A DNA stretch of 64,000 nt from a virus: UHGV virus genome UHGV-0326994. One strand, given 5' to 3'. The notes under the pieces were generated by a model. It saw only the letters and a program-made list of their open reading frames with translations. It was not told the origin of the DNA and did no database searches. Position 1 is the stretch's first letter, and each line of letters starts with the position of its first letter. The translations under genes and the position numbers were made by a program. Below are positions 26,941 to 36,510 of the stretch, one piece after another.

Positions 26941-27181
26941 ATGTTAGTACCTCTTTTGTATGCTTGTTCTTAGCAAGCACGTCTTTCAAATCATTTTTGT
27001 AATTGGTGCTCAGTGTAGCTAATCCTTCCTGATAAGCGTCTTTAGCAACACTTATTAGCCTCTCATTGCTTAACTCAGCTTCAGCAACTTGGTAGTCTCT
27101 GTAAGAGTATCCTCCCCAGACACCTGCCCCAACTAAGAAAACAATTATGAAAGTAGCTTGACAAAACTCTTTAAATGTCAT
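26834..27181 (-). CDS. putative inner-membrane spanin component (i-spanin-like)
   Basis: N-terminal TM helix (ATFIIVFLVGAGVWGG) then charged, likely helical periplasmic region; overlaps lipoprotein gene. Confidence 0.4.
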   Translation of the reverse strand: MTFKEFCQATFIIVFLVGAGVWGGYSYRDYQVAEAELSNERLISVAKDAYQEGLATLSTNYKNDLKDVLAKNKHTKEVLTYEKTKPEFYNVCVTDNYVRVFNEQSEQYIQKLPSK

Positions 27182-27199
27182 TTAACAATCTCCTGAAAT

Positions 27200-27222
27200 G
27201 AAAAAGGCTCCCGAAGGAGCCT
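27200..27222 (-). terminator. intrinsic terminator
   Basis: Hairpin GGCTCCTTCGGGAGCC followed by T-run on minus strand. Confidence 0.55.
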
Positions 27223-27233
27223 GTATCTTAACC

Positions 27234-27698
27234 TTAACCGAGGACTTTAGCAAGGACATTTGCAGCCATCGAAGAAGCTTTTGCAGCAGCAGCTACCCCA
27301 GCTTTGACGGTGCTATCCTTGATAGCAGATACCGTTGCAGCATCAGTAAAGAGATAAGTAGTTGTTTTAGAACCACTTGTAAAGGAAAGCATAAGAGCAG
27401 TTTCCAGATTGAAAGAGCGATACGGAGCACCTTCTTTAACGATACCTTCAGCACCTAACTCTGAAGCCATACCCATATCATAGATAGTCATCAGGTTTTC
27501 TTTGTGTGCAGTCGTTGAACCAGCACCTTTGACGTGTTTCTTAACATTCAGAAGAGCACGATACTCTCGGATGTTACCATCTGCTTTTACATTGACAGCA
27601 CGGAAGATTTTACCCTCAAAGTTGCTTTTGATAATGTTACGAACTACTTCAGATTTGTTTGCCGTAACATCCAGTGCTACCGTAATGATATTGTTCAT
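27234..27698 (-). CDS. hypothetical protein (154 aa, Ala/Thr/Gly-rich)
   Basis: ORF track; terminator downstream. Confidence 0.5.
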   Translation of the reverse strand: MNNIITVALDVTANKSEVVRNIIKSNFEGKIFRAVNVKADGNIREYRALLNVKKHVKGAGSTTAHKENLMTIYDMGMASELGAEGIVKEGAPYRSFNLETALMLSFTSGSKTTTYLFTDAATVSAIKDSTVKAGVAAAAKASSMAANVLAKVLG

Positions 27699-27708
27699 AA
27701 GTTTTCTC

Positions 27709-28404
27709 TCAATGTTTAACTAACATGGTTTTAATGTGTGGAAGGATTCTGTTTACCTTCTGAACATTCTTCTCTGTATCTTCTATAAAACATACTATAT
27801 CAAAGTAAGGCAGAATGCAAGACTGAATCATCCGTACTTTTAAACTTTCTGCACTTATAGAGTTAGTTCCAAAACCACGCATAAAAAGCATGTAGTCATG
27901 CTCTGTGTTATGCCTTAAAAACATCTCAGTAGGTATTCTCTGAGATTCACCCCTTGCTGTCAAGAGTCCAATGGCAGCATGATTAGCAATTGCATCAATA
28001 ATATTGAAAACATACGTTGGTTTTGCTCTTACAGAGTCAAGAAGGTTAGTATACTGTGAAAATGACCCATCAGTCAATTCCGTTGAGCAATCTTCGTGAT
28101 TAAAATTTGTAAGAACACCATCAATATCTGCCAAGATAAGGTTGCCTTTCTCCACAAGGTCTTTATTGACTATGACTAAACTATCACGCCTTACACCTAT
28201 AGTTTGTCCAGTCTCTTTGTCCATAACGTTCACAATTGGTTCTGATGTGTGGAACTCTTCAAGTGAACATACAACCTCTCTTGCAGTGTCTTCAAAGTCT
28301 CTACACTGCTCTGTAGTCCATATGCCAGAATCAATACCTAATTCATGAGGATGCAAGTCATAAGCATGGCACAGTACTTCATCAGACTTTCTTAATTTTT
28401 TCAT
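27709..28404 (-). CDS. HAD-superfamily hydrolase, possible 5'(3')-deoxyribonucleotidase
   Basis: DxDGV motif (ILADIDGVLTNF) typical of HAD phosphatases; N-terminal 60 aa may be an extension or mis-start. Confidence 0.45.
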   Translation of the reverse strand: MKKLRKSDEVLCHAYDLHPHELGIDSGIWTTEQCRDFEDTAREVVCSLEEFHTSEPIVNVMDKETGQTIGVRRDSLVIVNKDLVEKGNLILADIDGVLTNFNHEDCSTELTDGSFSQYTNLLDSVRAKPTYVFNIIDAIANHAAIGLLTARGESQRIPTEMFLRHNTEHDYMLFMRGFGTNSISAESLKVRMIQSCILPYFDIVCFIEDTEKNVQKVNRILPHIKTMLVKH

Positions 28405-28930
28405 GGTTTACCTTAGAAATGTTTGTTGCAAATTCACATTGAGCAATAACTTTCATATTGTTATAGACATCTTGAGAGTATTTCTTAGCTTTAGGAATTT
28501 TGTATGAATACCCAGCATTATAAGATGCTAAAACTTTTTGTAAAGTCTTCTTTGACTTTGGCTGACCATGTACCTTCGTCCAAAACTCAAGCTCTTTGTG
28601 TGTTTCTTTTGCGGCATAATCAAAATCTTTTAAAAGTTTCTTTTTAGCCACATTAGGACTAATTTTGTTACGCTTTACAACAGTCTTCAAGTGATTCTGG
28701 AAAATACCATAGTCATGTGTCTTTTTATTCTCTACCTTCAGACCTAACTCTGACTCTTGTAAGGCTATAGCAGCTAGAGTGATACCCCAACCTTTACCCA
28801 TATTATTCTCACCATACTGGTAAGCTTTTAACATGTTTACTTTTTGGCTAATTGATAGCTCTGGGCAGTCAACTGCATAAGATAAGTGTGCTGTAAACAT
28901 TAAGCACAAACCTAGAATCAATTTCTTCAT
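28382..28930 (-). CDS. secreted lytic transglycosylase (SLT domain)
   Basis: N-terminal signal peptide; SLT-like catalytic block AIALQESELG...HDYGIFQ. Confidence 0.6.
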   Translation of the reverse strand: MKKLILGLCLMFTAHLSYAVDCPELSISQKVNMLKAYQYGENNMGKGWGITLAAIALQESELGLKVENKKTHDYGIFQNHLKTVVKRNKISPNVAKKKLLKDFDYAAKETHKELEFWTKVHGQPKSKKTLQKVLASYNAGYSYKIPKAKKYSQDVYNNMKVIAQCEFATNISKVNHEKIKKV

Positions 28931-29030
28931 TGGTTCTCCTGTTTAGTTTATCGTGACAACAATTATACAGTACTCTGCACAAAATACAAATAAAAAAGGC
29001 CGCCGAAGCAGCCTTTTAAGAAATTACTTA

Positions 29031-30140
29031 TTAGATTTCACGTTTACGTTGAGAGATGAGTTCACCAGCAGTGCCAACGATGACATGCAAAGCTTCAGTC
29101 TTACCATCCCATGCTTTCAGCACTTTACGTTGGTTATCAACGATTGCTGCAACTTCATAACGAGAGGAACGCATCTTCATATCGTTGTAATCAGTTGGGA
29201 CAGATACAACATCTCGTGGATGGACACGAACCTTCAGAATTGTATCACCTGAGAAGCAACGAACATAATCCCAAGCACCAACATGAAGACCCTGAGAGCA
29301 AGTCACATTACGGTTATTATCAACCATCCAACGTGGCATTTCTACAATGTTACCCAAGTCATTAGGTACTCTGTAGGTGTGGGAGTCAACCAGCTTGCCT
29401 TCACGAGTAGAGACTTTCTTCCAACCAATGATGTAGCCTTCTTCATCAATTTCAACATCAAGGTGAGATACGAAGCCCCAAAGTTGTTCTACAGAATCTT
29501 TAGATGGGTTTTCCATCAGTTTTTCGAAGAACATTACAAGTCGTTCAAAGCCTTTATCACCAGTCTTCATCATGTGAAGAATACGGTCAACCAGAGTAGA
29601 ACGCATCTCAACAGCACCGTAGAATAACTTGTCACCTTTGATTGTGATAGCACCCTGAGTGAAGTTTTCGATAGACTTACGAATGTTCATCAGTTCAAAG
29701 GCTTTCTTGAACTCACCTTTCACAACATGAACTACAATCTCTTGATAGTTCGGATGAGTAGACTCAACAATTTCAGATTCTGAACCGTAAGTCATAATTA
29801 CAGAGTCACCAGTAATCATGTACTCAATCTTGTCATCTTTCTGCATAGCTTCATGCAGTTTATTTACCGGAGCTTTCTGTACAGAATCTTTAACAACCTT
29901 TTCAACTGGCTTGTCAGCTTTCTTTTTAAAGGTCTTAGCAACTTGTTTCAAAGTCTTTGTAGCTGGTGTAGAAGTTGCCTTCTTCTTCCCTTTTAAGGTT
30001 GCTTCATGACGCTCTACAGCACGACCGACTGAACGGGTTGAAGTATTGAATTTCTGTGCAATAGCTGTTTTGGTCAGCTTACCTTCTTTAACCAGTTTGT
30101 AAATTTCTGCGTCAATCTGTGCTTTAGTTTTAGTAGTCAT
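29031..30140 (-). CDS. rIIB: rIIB-like protein
   Basis: C-terminal half aligns by eye with T4 rIIB (LVDRIL, ENPSKD, TCSQGLHV, VHPRDVVSVPTDYNDMKMR); adjacent to rIIA. Confidence 0.75.
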   Translation of the reverse strand: MTTKTKAQIDAEIYKLVKEGKLTKTAIAQKFNTSTRSVGRAVERHEATLKGKKKATSTPATKTLKQVAKTFKKKADKPVEKVVKDSVQKAPVNKLHEAMQKDDKIEYMITGDSVIMTYGSESEIVESTHPNYQEIVVHVVKGEFKKAFELMNIRKSIENFTQGAITIKGDKLFYGAVEMRSTLVDRILHMMKTGDKGFERLVMFFEKLMENPSKDSVEQLWGFVSHLDVEIDEEGYIIGWKKVSTREGKLVDSHTYRVPNDLGNIVEMPRWMVDNNRNVTCSQGLHVGAWDYVRCFSGDTILKVRVHPRDVVSVPTDYNDMKMRSSRYEVAAIVDNQRKVLKAWDGKTEALHVIVGTAGELISQRKREI

Positions 30141-30219
30141 CTTATTACTCTCTCTTGTCAGTTAATAAATCATTTTGTGAGGCTATTCTAAGGGGCTTCA
30201 AAGCCCCTTGTCAAACATT

Positions 30220-32586
30220 TTAATCGTAAATTGTAGTCCCTTCTGGAACACACTTCACATCAAAGCCTAAGAACTTACTCACTTCGATAGGTGACACTTT
30301 ATTCCAATCTAAATGAGAAAGCAAGAAGTTTTCTTGTTTTCTTTTTGAAAGATAGTTTGTCACCTTAATGACCATACGGTCACCAGCTTTCTTAATTTTC
30401 TTGTACAGCTTTGTGTCGTTGTCAAGGCATTCTTTCAAAGTTTGCAATCTACTAACAGTGTAAGTGTATGCAAACGGTGCAGCAACGTATTGGATTTTAC
30501 CGAACATTGCCTCTACAGCCTCTTCATTACCTTCTAGGAAGATAGTTTTGTTTGTATCCCGTGAATAGCAATAACCACGAGAAATCTTCCTGTTATTGAA
30601 TGTAAAGTTTCTGGCAATAATCCAGCTACTTGTAAGGTCAAGAACACCATTCATGTAGATGCGTGTCATATACCTGTTATGATTAATCCAATGAACATCA
30701 GTTAAGCTGTCGTTCAAGAGCTTCTCATCTACTTCAATCCAGTCTTCTGGTATCTTTTTCCAATTTGCTTTTCGGAAAACATAGACTGTCTTTCCAATAA
30801 CATTTGCAACTGACTTAGCTACATCTTCTGGAGATGAGCAAAAACACTCACCATCAACTGTGTCACCAACTGCCTTAATGTAAAGCTGAGGTTCTTCAAT
30901 TGTGTCTAAGTCTTCTGATACCTCTTTGTAGGAGGCTACACCTTCTGCTGGGACAGCTTTCCAGAGTTTTACAACACCTCTTACAGCTTCTTTACGCTGG
31001 TAATGGTGTTCCTTATCAGACATTTTCACAATCTTTAACAAGCTTTTATCAAGTCTGTGCAGATTGATTAAGTCATCTAACTCTTTTTCAGTAGAGAATA
31101 CAAAGACAATACCATTGTATCTGTGAAACAGACCTGACTCACTGGCATAGTCTCGACATGCACCACGCAAGATTTGGTTGCGTCCTACAGTCTTCTCAGT
31201 ACCATTTTTATTGCGACGGTCATTAATAACAAACAAAAACTGTTCAATTTGGCTTTTACGCATTGCGCCAAAGATATTGAACATACTTGCCTCTTGAGTG
31301 TAGGAAAGTGCTGTTGCACGAATCTTACTCTCTAAAGAGTTGAACTTGACATAAGCAACCGGATTGTACAGGAAGTCAACTTTAGGGATATTGTTTCCTT
31401 TGCTGTCAACCTTAATATTGCCTTTACCATCACGTTCATAAATAACTGAGCCGTCTTCTGCGTAAATAATCCCCCGACGAATGTTTAGTAATTCTTCTTC
31501 CAGAGACTCAAGTTTAACACCACCCCACTCTAGCTTTGGACACACAGCATTAAACATCTCTCGTGAGTTCAAACGTAACTCAGCATAAGCCTGTGCAGCG
31601 TCCATGAGTGTAGGTTGATTATTAACCCCCTTAATAACATCCCTTGTAATCGCTTCAGTTATCTTTTTAGTAGCCTCAATGATAACATTTTTTGTCGTAT
31701 CATTCATCTGCAATGCTTCACGAGAAGCTGCAATAGCAACTGAACCAATAGGCATGTAAATGTTTACAAGGTCTACACTCCTACGGAAAAATTCTGGCAA
31801 GACTTTGAAGAAATCATCTCCAAGTAGCGCTTCCATGTTAACTGGATAGGCAATATTACCCATCACCACATTAAACTCTGTCCTGTTACCACTAGAACGC
31901 CAGCTTTGCTTATGAATCATGGCATCATAGACACCCTCTTCACGGGCAATGACGTTCATATCTGCTAATACATCGTCGTACACAATATTACTTTCTGGTT
32001 TTACAGCAAAGTATGAGTATACATTACCAGCTTCTTCAAAGAACTTTGAGATACGATGGTCAGCAACTGCTACACGTACAGCTAAACCATTAGGCTCTTT
32101 TGTTGGGTTAGTGGTTAGCTTGGTTACTTGAGGAATACCATTCTCAAGATAAACAGAGTATTTATTAACAACACCATCAACGTAGCTCGATACTGTGAAT
32201 GACTGAGCAATTGCAAACGGTGACTTTGAACCGATACCCATTGCACCAATGTAGTCATTAGAGTCATTCTTTGTAGAAGCCCCGTAGTTTAGATACAAAC
32301 TCATAACTTTATCATGAGTCAATCCAGTTCCAAAATCACGAACTTCAAAGTAAGGCTCAAAACGAGTAGGCAAATGCACATGGAATGGGATGTTCTCTTT
32401 TCCAGCTTCTTTCTGAGCATCTACTGCGTTACATGACAGTTCACGAATAACTGCCCTTTCTTTAAATGTATATACACCAGAACTCAAAAGGCTGAACATT
32501 TCAGGTGTCATTGTAATCTGTGCTTGAGACGTCTCTAAAGAAGTTGAACTTTTAATCACTTCTGCGTGGTCGTTTACCATGCGCAT
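30220..32586 (-). CDS. rIIA: rIIA-like protein with GHKL-type ATPase fold motifs
   Basis: N-box ELSCNAVDA, G1 VRDFGTGL, G2 GAMGIGSKS; 788 aa; upstream of rIIB as in T4. Confidence 0.75.
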   Translation of the reverse strand: MRMVNDHAEVIKSSTSLETSQAQITMTPEMFSLLSSGVYTFKERAVIRELSCNAVDAQKEAGKENIPFHVHLPTRFEPYFEVRDFGTGLTHDKVMSLYLNYGASTKNDSNDYIGAMGIGSKSPFAIAQSFTVSSYVDGVVNKYSVYLENGIPQVTKLTTNPTKEPNGLAVRVAVADHRISKFFEEAGNVYSYFAVKPESNIVYDDVLADMNVIAREEGVYDAMIHKQSWRSSGNRTEFNVVMGNIAYPVNMEALLGDDFFKVLPEFFRRSVDLVNIYMPIGSVAIAASREALQMNDTTKNVIIEATKKITEAITRDVIKGVNNQPTLMDAAQAYAELRLNSREMFNAVCPKLEWGGVKLESLEEELLNIRRGIIYAEDGSVIYERDGKGNIKVDSKGNNIPKVDFLYNPVAYVKFNSLESKIRATALSYTQEASMFNIFGAMRKSQIEQFLFVINDRRNKNGTEKTVGRNQILRGACRDYASESGLFHRYNGIVFVFSTEKELDDLINLHRLDKSLLKIVKMSDKEHHYQRKEAVRGVVKLWKAVPAEGVASYKEVSEDLDTIEEPQLYIKAVGDTVDGECFCSSPEDVAKSVANVIGKTVYVFRKANWKKIPEDWIEVDEKLLNDSLTDVHWINHNRYMTRIYMNGVLDLTSSWIIARNFTFNNRKISRGYCYSRDTNKTIFLEGNEEAVEAMFGKIQYVAAPFAYTYTVSRLQTLKECLDNDTKLYKKIKKAGDRMVIKVTNYLSKRKQENFLLSHLDWNKVSPIEVSKFLGFDVKCVPEGTTIYD

Positions 32587-32614
32587 AATACTTTCCTCTT
32601 AGTTTACTGTTAAA

Positions 32615-32791
32615 TTACTTATTAAACATTTTACCAGAACCACCACACATAGGGCAACAACCTGCTCTTGTATACCCTTCTCCGCTACAGTAGTCACACT
32701 TTTTGTGTTCTGCAAAGTACTTACAAAGAAGGCAAACAAATATTGCTACACTACCAAGTGACAGTAAAATTTCTATCCAATATGCTTGCAT
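32615..32791 (-). CDS. small membrane-anchored zinc-ribbon protein (58 aa), absent from ORF track
   Basis: Minus-strand ORF MQAYWIEILLSLGSVAIFVCLLCKYF...CDYCSGEG...CCPMCGGSG: TM helix plus two CxxC pairs. Confidence 0.3.
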   Translation of the reverse strand: MQAYWIEILLSLGSVAIFVCLLCKYFAEHKKCDYCSGEGYTRAGCCPMCGGSGKMFNK

Positions 32792-33120
32792 GACTCACCT
32801 CTCATGTTTTTGTAAAGGATAAAGCTTCTGTCATGAACGATACTTGTAGATACTGCAAAGTTACTTTCAAGCATCTGTTTGTTTGGATTGTAGAAGCTTT
32901 CTTTAAACTCGTCAAGTGCAAATTGGTGATGTTGTGGAAGACCTTTTACACAAACCTTTATTGTGATTGCTGCTGCAACCTTTCCAGTCAGTTCTTCTTT
33001 AGCTGCTACTAAAATTTTGTTGAGGAACTTATGACCATCTTCAGGCTTTTTGATGTTCTCCCAACGTTCTTCTAAGACAATGTTGATGTTCATTTCTTTG
33101 ATTTTCATATCTTTTACCAA
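32773..33120 (-). CDS. hypothetical protein (115 aa)
   Basis: ORF track. Confidence 0.45.
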   Translation of the reverse strand: MVKDMKIKEMNINIVLEERWENIKKPEDGHKFLNKILVAAKEELTGKVAAAITIKVCVKGLPQHHQFALDEFKESFYNPNKQMLESNFAVSTSIVHDRSFILYKNMRGESCKHIG

Positions 33121-33458
33121 GTCCAGTTAACAAGTATGCCATCAAAACCTTTTGCTAAAGGTACACCCTCGTGTTCATAAAATTCAGGATTAACTTCGAA
33201 TCCACGATTTTCAATATACTCTATCATGTATTTCATTACAAAGCTAATCTCTTCATAGTCATCTGGGTCTCTGCCAAAGAACTGTTCTATGACAAACATA
33301 CCTTCTTTTGTAGCAAATTGACAGTGGTGATTGTAGATACCTTCACAGAACTTTTCAAACTTTTCTTTACCGAGAACTTCAAGGATGTCTGTATAGGCAA
33401 CTTGCAAATACTTAGGTTGTACAGGCTTCTTATTAAACCATATAGAAAGATTATCCAT
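33114..33458 (-). CDS. hypothetical protein (114 aa)
   Basis: ORF track; terminator upstream at 33474-33497. Confidence 0.45.
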   Translation of the reverse strand: MDNLSIWFNKKPVQPKYLQVAYTDILEVLGKEKFEKFCEGIYNHHCQFATKEGMFVIEQFFGRDPDDYEEISFVMKYMIEYIENRGFEVNPEFYEHEGVPLAKGFDGILVNWTW

Positions 33459-33473
33459 AGCATTCTCCAGAAA

Positions 33474-33497
33474 TTAAAAAGGCTCCCGTAGGAGCCT
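33474..33497 (-). terminator. intrinsic terminator
   Basis: Hairpin GGCTCCTACGGGAGCC with T-run on minus strand. Confidence 0.55.
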
Positions 33498-33511
33498 CTT
33501 ATCATATACTT

Positions 33512-35293
33512 TTAAAGCTGCTTGTCAATATTATTTCGAATATCACCAAGAGATGTGTAGCCATACTGCTCAGAATCACTAAAGACTAAGCGTAGAGCAC
33601 AAGCTGGATGTTCAAGTGCATCTGCAAAGCTCTGGAATCCATAACCATCTACAGCTTTCAGTTTATCACCATCCCACATAGGTGCTACACCACCAAAAGC
33701 AGACTTCTTAACACCGCTATCTGTTTTAGGGTCTTTTGCAAGCATAATCTCTTTACCACCAATGCTTGCAAGAGTCGCTTTAACAGCAAATGCAAAGGTG
33801 TCACGAGTCATGTACTGGTAAGTGTAAGAGCCTACGCCAAACACTACGTTAGAGCTTGCAAAACCCATTTCATACAGACGCTTCAGGATTTCGTTTGCAC
33901 GTTCCAGTGTGATAGAGTCACCATAGATAAGGCCAATGTGTTCATCCAGTACCTTAAAACCTTTGGAGTTGATAGTCCCTCCGAAGATGTTATACAGGGT
34001 CTTAATAGCCCCATCAATCTCTGCTACAGGGCGTGTTACAACGTTTGCAGAACCAACCATATAAGCGTTCTTCAACAGCACTGTATCAGCAACTTCAAAG
34101 TCTTCTCTGTCAACAACCATTTCGTAGCCTTCTGACAGTAGCCATCCAGCAATACCATAGCTGATGTTTTCAAGCTTCATATTCAGAACAGCATTCAACA
34201 TTGTGTCGCTGGCTTCCAACTTACTAAGGTGCTCATAATAAGCCTTTTTAGCGCACTCTAAGTGGATTGCTTTATAACCTGTGACAATATGTACAGGGTC
34301 TCCAGAGTCAGGACGAATTACCAGTTTACCGTCACGTTCCATAATCTCTTTGCGAAGTGCTGGTAAGATTTCTGACACAGTTCTCCAGAAGTTATAAGTA
34401 TCTGAAACAACACTTGCAATACCAGTCGGGTAAGTCTTTGTTAAGAAACGACGGAAGGTCTGCAACTCACCTTTAAAGCGTCTTTCCTCTTCAATCAATT
34501 CATTACCACCTTCCCAAGCAATGTTTGCACACATTACAGAGTGTTCAGTGGCTGGTACAGAACCACCAATATCAGAGACTGGGTAAGACTGTCCGTAGAT
34601 GCGTTTAGCTGTATATACAGCAGGGAAGCTATCAGTCCCTTTAAAGCTGGTCAAGTGACCTACAGCATTAAATGCGTCATCAGTAAAGCCGGACATACCA
34701 CGCATAGCAAAGTCATGGCACTGATAAGGTAAATGTAAGTCATTGTCACAAGTAAGGTCAGCCCACTTCTTACAGATGCGTTTGTAGTGCAATGCAATAG
34801 TTGCAATGGTACAAGCCTTCCAAATCTCAGCAGAGAAAGCATCTTCCAGATAACCTGCTACCCAATGAAAACCTGAAACAGTGTTCTGGAAGACAATCAT
34901 TGGTACACGCATCGGAACAACTGTACCTTCTTCTACAGCGTATACCTCAACTGGCAGATAGCCTAAGTCGTGAAGTGCTTCCCAATGTTCTCGACCAATA
35001 GCATCTTTACCAAGAACACCGTTCATGACTTCTAAGATTTCGTCAATTGCTTCTTTTTTATCACGTTCAAAGAAAGTGGCGTTCCAATGGTCTATCAAGT
35101 AATCTTTAACAAAACGTTGAATACCAAAAGCTACTACACCGTCAATTGCTAAGGGGCTGTTAAACCATTTGTCGCTACGTGGTGTCAGGTTGAACATCAA
35201 GTACTCTGTTGCGCTAGGATACTGGTAAACATGACCAGATTTGTAAGCATCTGCATTTAAACCTGCTGGTACTGCGTAAAGTGATTTAGTCAT
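33512..35293 (-). CDS. nicotinamide phosphoribosyltransferase family protein (NadV/Nampt-like; candidate Namat of a NAD+ reconstitution pathway)
   Basis: 593-aa ORF, Nampt-like by eye; immediately downstream of a PRPP-synthetase-family gene. Confidence 0.7.
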   Translation of the reverse strand: MTKSLYAVPAGLNADAYKSGHVYQYPSATEYLMFNLTPRSDKWFNSPLAIDGVVAFGIQRFVKDYLIDHWNATFFERDKKEAIDEILEVMNGVLGKDAIGREHWEALHDLGYLPVEVYAVEEGTVVPMRVPMIVFQNTVSGFHWVAGYLEDAFSAEIWKACTIATIALHYKRICKKWADLTCDNDLHLPYQCHDFAMRGMSGFTDDAFNAVGHLTSFKGTDSFPAVYTAKRIYGQSYPVSDIGGSVPATEHSVMCANIAWEGGNELIEEERRFKGELQTFRRFLTKTYPTGIASVVSDTYNFWRTVSEILPALRKEIMERDGKLVIRPDSGDPVHIVTGYKAIHLECAKKAYYEHLSKLEASDTMLNAVLNMKLENISYGIAGWLLSEGYEMVVDREDFEVADTVLLKNAYMVGSANVVTRPVAEIDGAIKTLYNIFGGTINSKGFKVLDEHIGLIYGDSITLERANEILKRLYEMGFASSNVVFGVGSYTYQYMTRDTFAFAVKATLASIGGKEIMLAKDPKTDSGVKKSAFGGVAPMWDGDKLKAVDGYGFQSFADALEHPACALRLVFSDSEQYGYTSLGDIRNNIDKQL

Positions 35294-35338
35294 CTTTTAG
35301 TCTCTCTCAAAATGGGGCTATGAAGCCCCTATAAAGTT

Positions 35339-36235
35339 TTAATCAAGGTTTGCTACAGTAACTTGACCATAATGTGTTAACCCACGGTCTTTAGCTTCCC
35401 CTAAAGAGTTTGTAGTGTAGATATGGTCAATACCATTGTCAAGTAAGTTTTCAACACCTTTAGAGAAGATACCATGTGTTACATAGAGTTCCACACGTTT
35501 TGCACCTGCTTCACGTAGGTGTTTCGCTGCCTCTATGAAGGTTCGTCCTCCATCACAAATATCATCCAGAATCATGACTGTTTTATCTGTCAAATCAACA
35601 TCATCAAGGATTCGCATACCAGTGATTTCACCAGTCTTGAGGTTACGTACTTTAGACATTGTGATGTATGGCTTATCCACTTCTTTAGCAGTCTCTGCAA
35701 TCTTCTTAGCAGCACCTGCATCTGGGGCTACTAAGTAATCAACCAGTGGGTCATTTGCATAGTGGACTGCAATTTCCTTTTGAGGAATACTCTGGAAGCA
35801 GTTAAACAGGTTATCTGGTACATAGCTGTGAGGGTCAACTGCACAGACTGCATCAAAACCCATTGCATTAACCTGTTGTGCAAACACTTTCAAAGCTGCT
35901 GCATCGCCTTTAAACATGTGACGGTCATAACGTGCATTTGGCAAATAGTAAAAGATAATGGTCTTCATAGCAAACTTATGGGGTACTAAATCATCAATTG
36001 CTTCTTTAGCAAGTGCCACAGCAAACAATGTGTCTTTATCATAACCTTTTACAATCATAATCACATTGTTGATGGATGATGCTGCATAAGCAGTGAAATC
36101 AACAAACTCTGGTGAAAAGTGTCCACCAATCTCACCAGAAGGGAATTGGATGATGTTAAACTCTTCTTCGTGAGTCCCTTTAGTGGGTGAATGGACTGTA
36201 ACACGGATAGATGTTTTCATAGTTTTCTCTCTCAA
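35339..36235 (-). CDS. ribose-phosphate pyrophosphokinase family protein (Prs-like; candidate Adps)
   Basis: Prs blocks FPSGEIGG, YLPNARYDR, VDPHS, VAPDAGAAKK, VMILDDICDGGRT, GAKRVELYVTHGIFS align with E. coli Prs motifs. Confidence 0.75.
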   Translation of the reverse strand: MREKTMKTSIRVTVHSPTKGTHEEEFNIIQFPSGEIGGHFSPEFVDFTAYAASSINNVIMIVKGYDKDTLFAVALAKEAIDDLVPHKFAMKTIIFYYLPNARYDRHMFKGDAAALKVFAQQVNAMGFDAVCAVDPHSYVPDNLFNCFQSIPQKEIAVHYANDPLVDYLVAPDAGAAKKIAETAKEVDKPYITMSKVRNLKTGEITGMRILDDVDLTDKTVMILDDICDGGRTFIEAAKHLREAGAKRVELYVTHGIFSKGVENLLDNGIDHIYTTNSLGEAKDRGLTHYGQVTVANLD

Positions 36236-36510
36236 TCAAAAGTTACGTTTGTTACTGCCATTGCAGATTTGCATTTTGCAGGGTCTACAATGTGATAAAG
36301 TACACTACAGTTGCCTGTGCTGTCTGGTACAGGCTTTACCCATTGTTGCTTGACAGTTGGTTCTCCTAAATCTTTGTATGAACCATCTGTAAAATTGTTT
36401 AACATCTCAAGTGCAATTGGTTCTGGAACATGACCTCGTATCATGTACATCTCACAACCATTACCACCTTCGCTAACTAATGGTAAAATCTCCCACTTTT
36501 CTTTAGCCAT
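36232..36510 (-). CDS. hypothetical protein (92 aa)
   Basis: ORF track; start overlaps stop of upstream gene. Confidence 0.45.
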   Translation of the reverse strand: MAKEKWEILPLVSEGGNGCEMYMIRGHVPEPIALEMLNNFTDGSYKDLGEPTVKQQWVKPVPDSTGNCSVLYHIVDPAKCKSAMAVTNVTFD

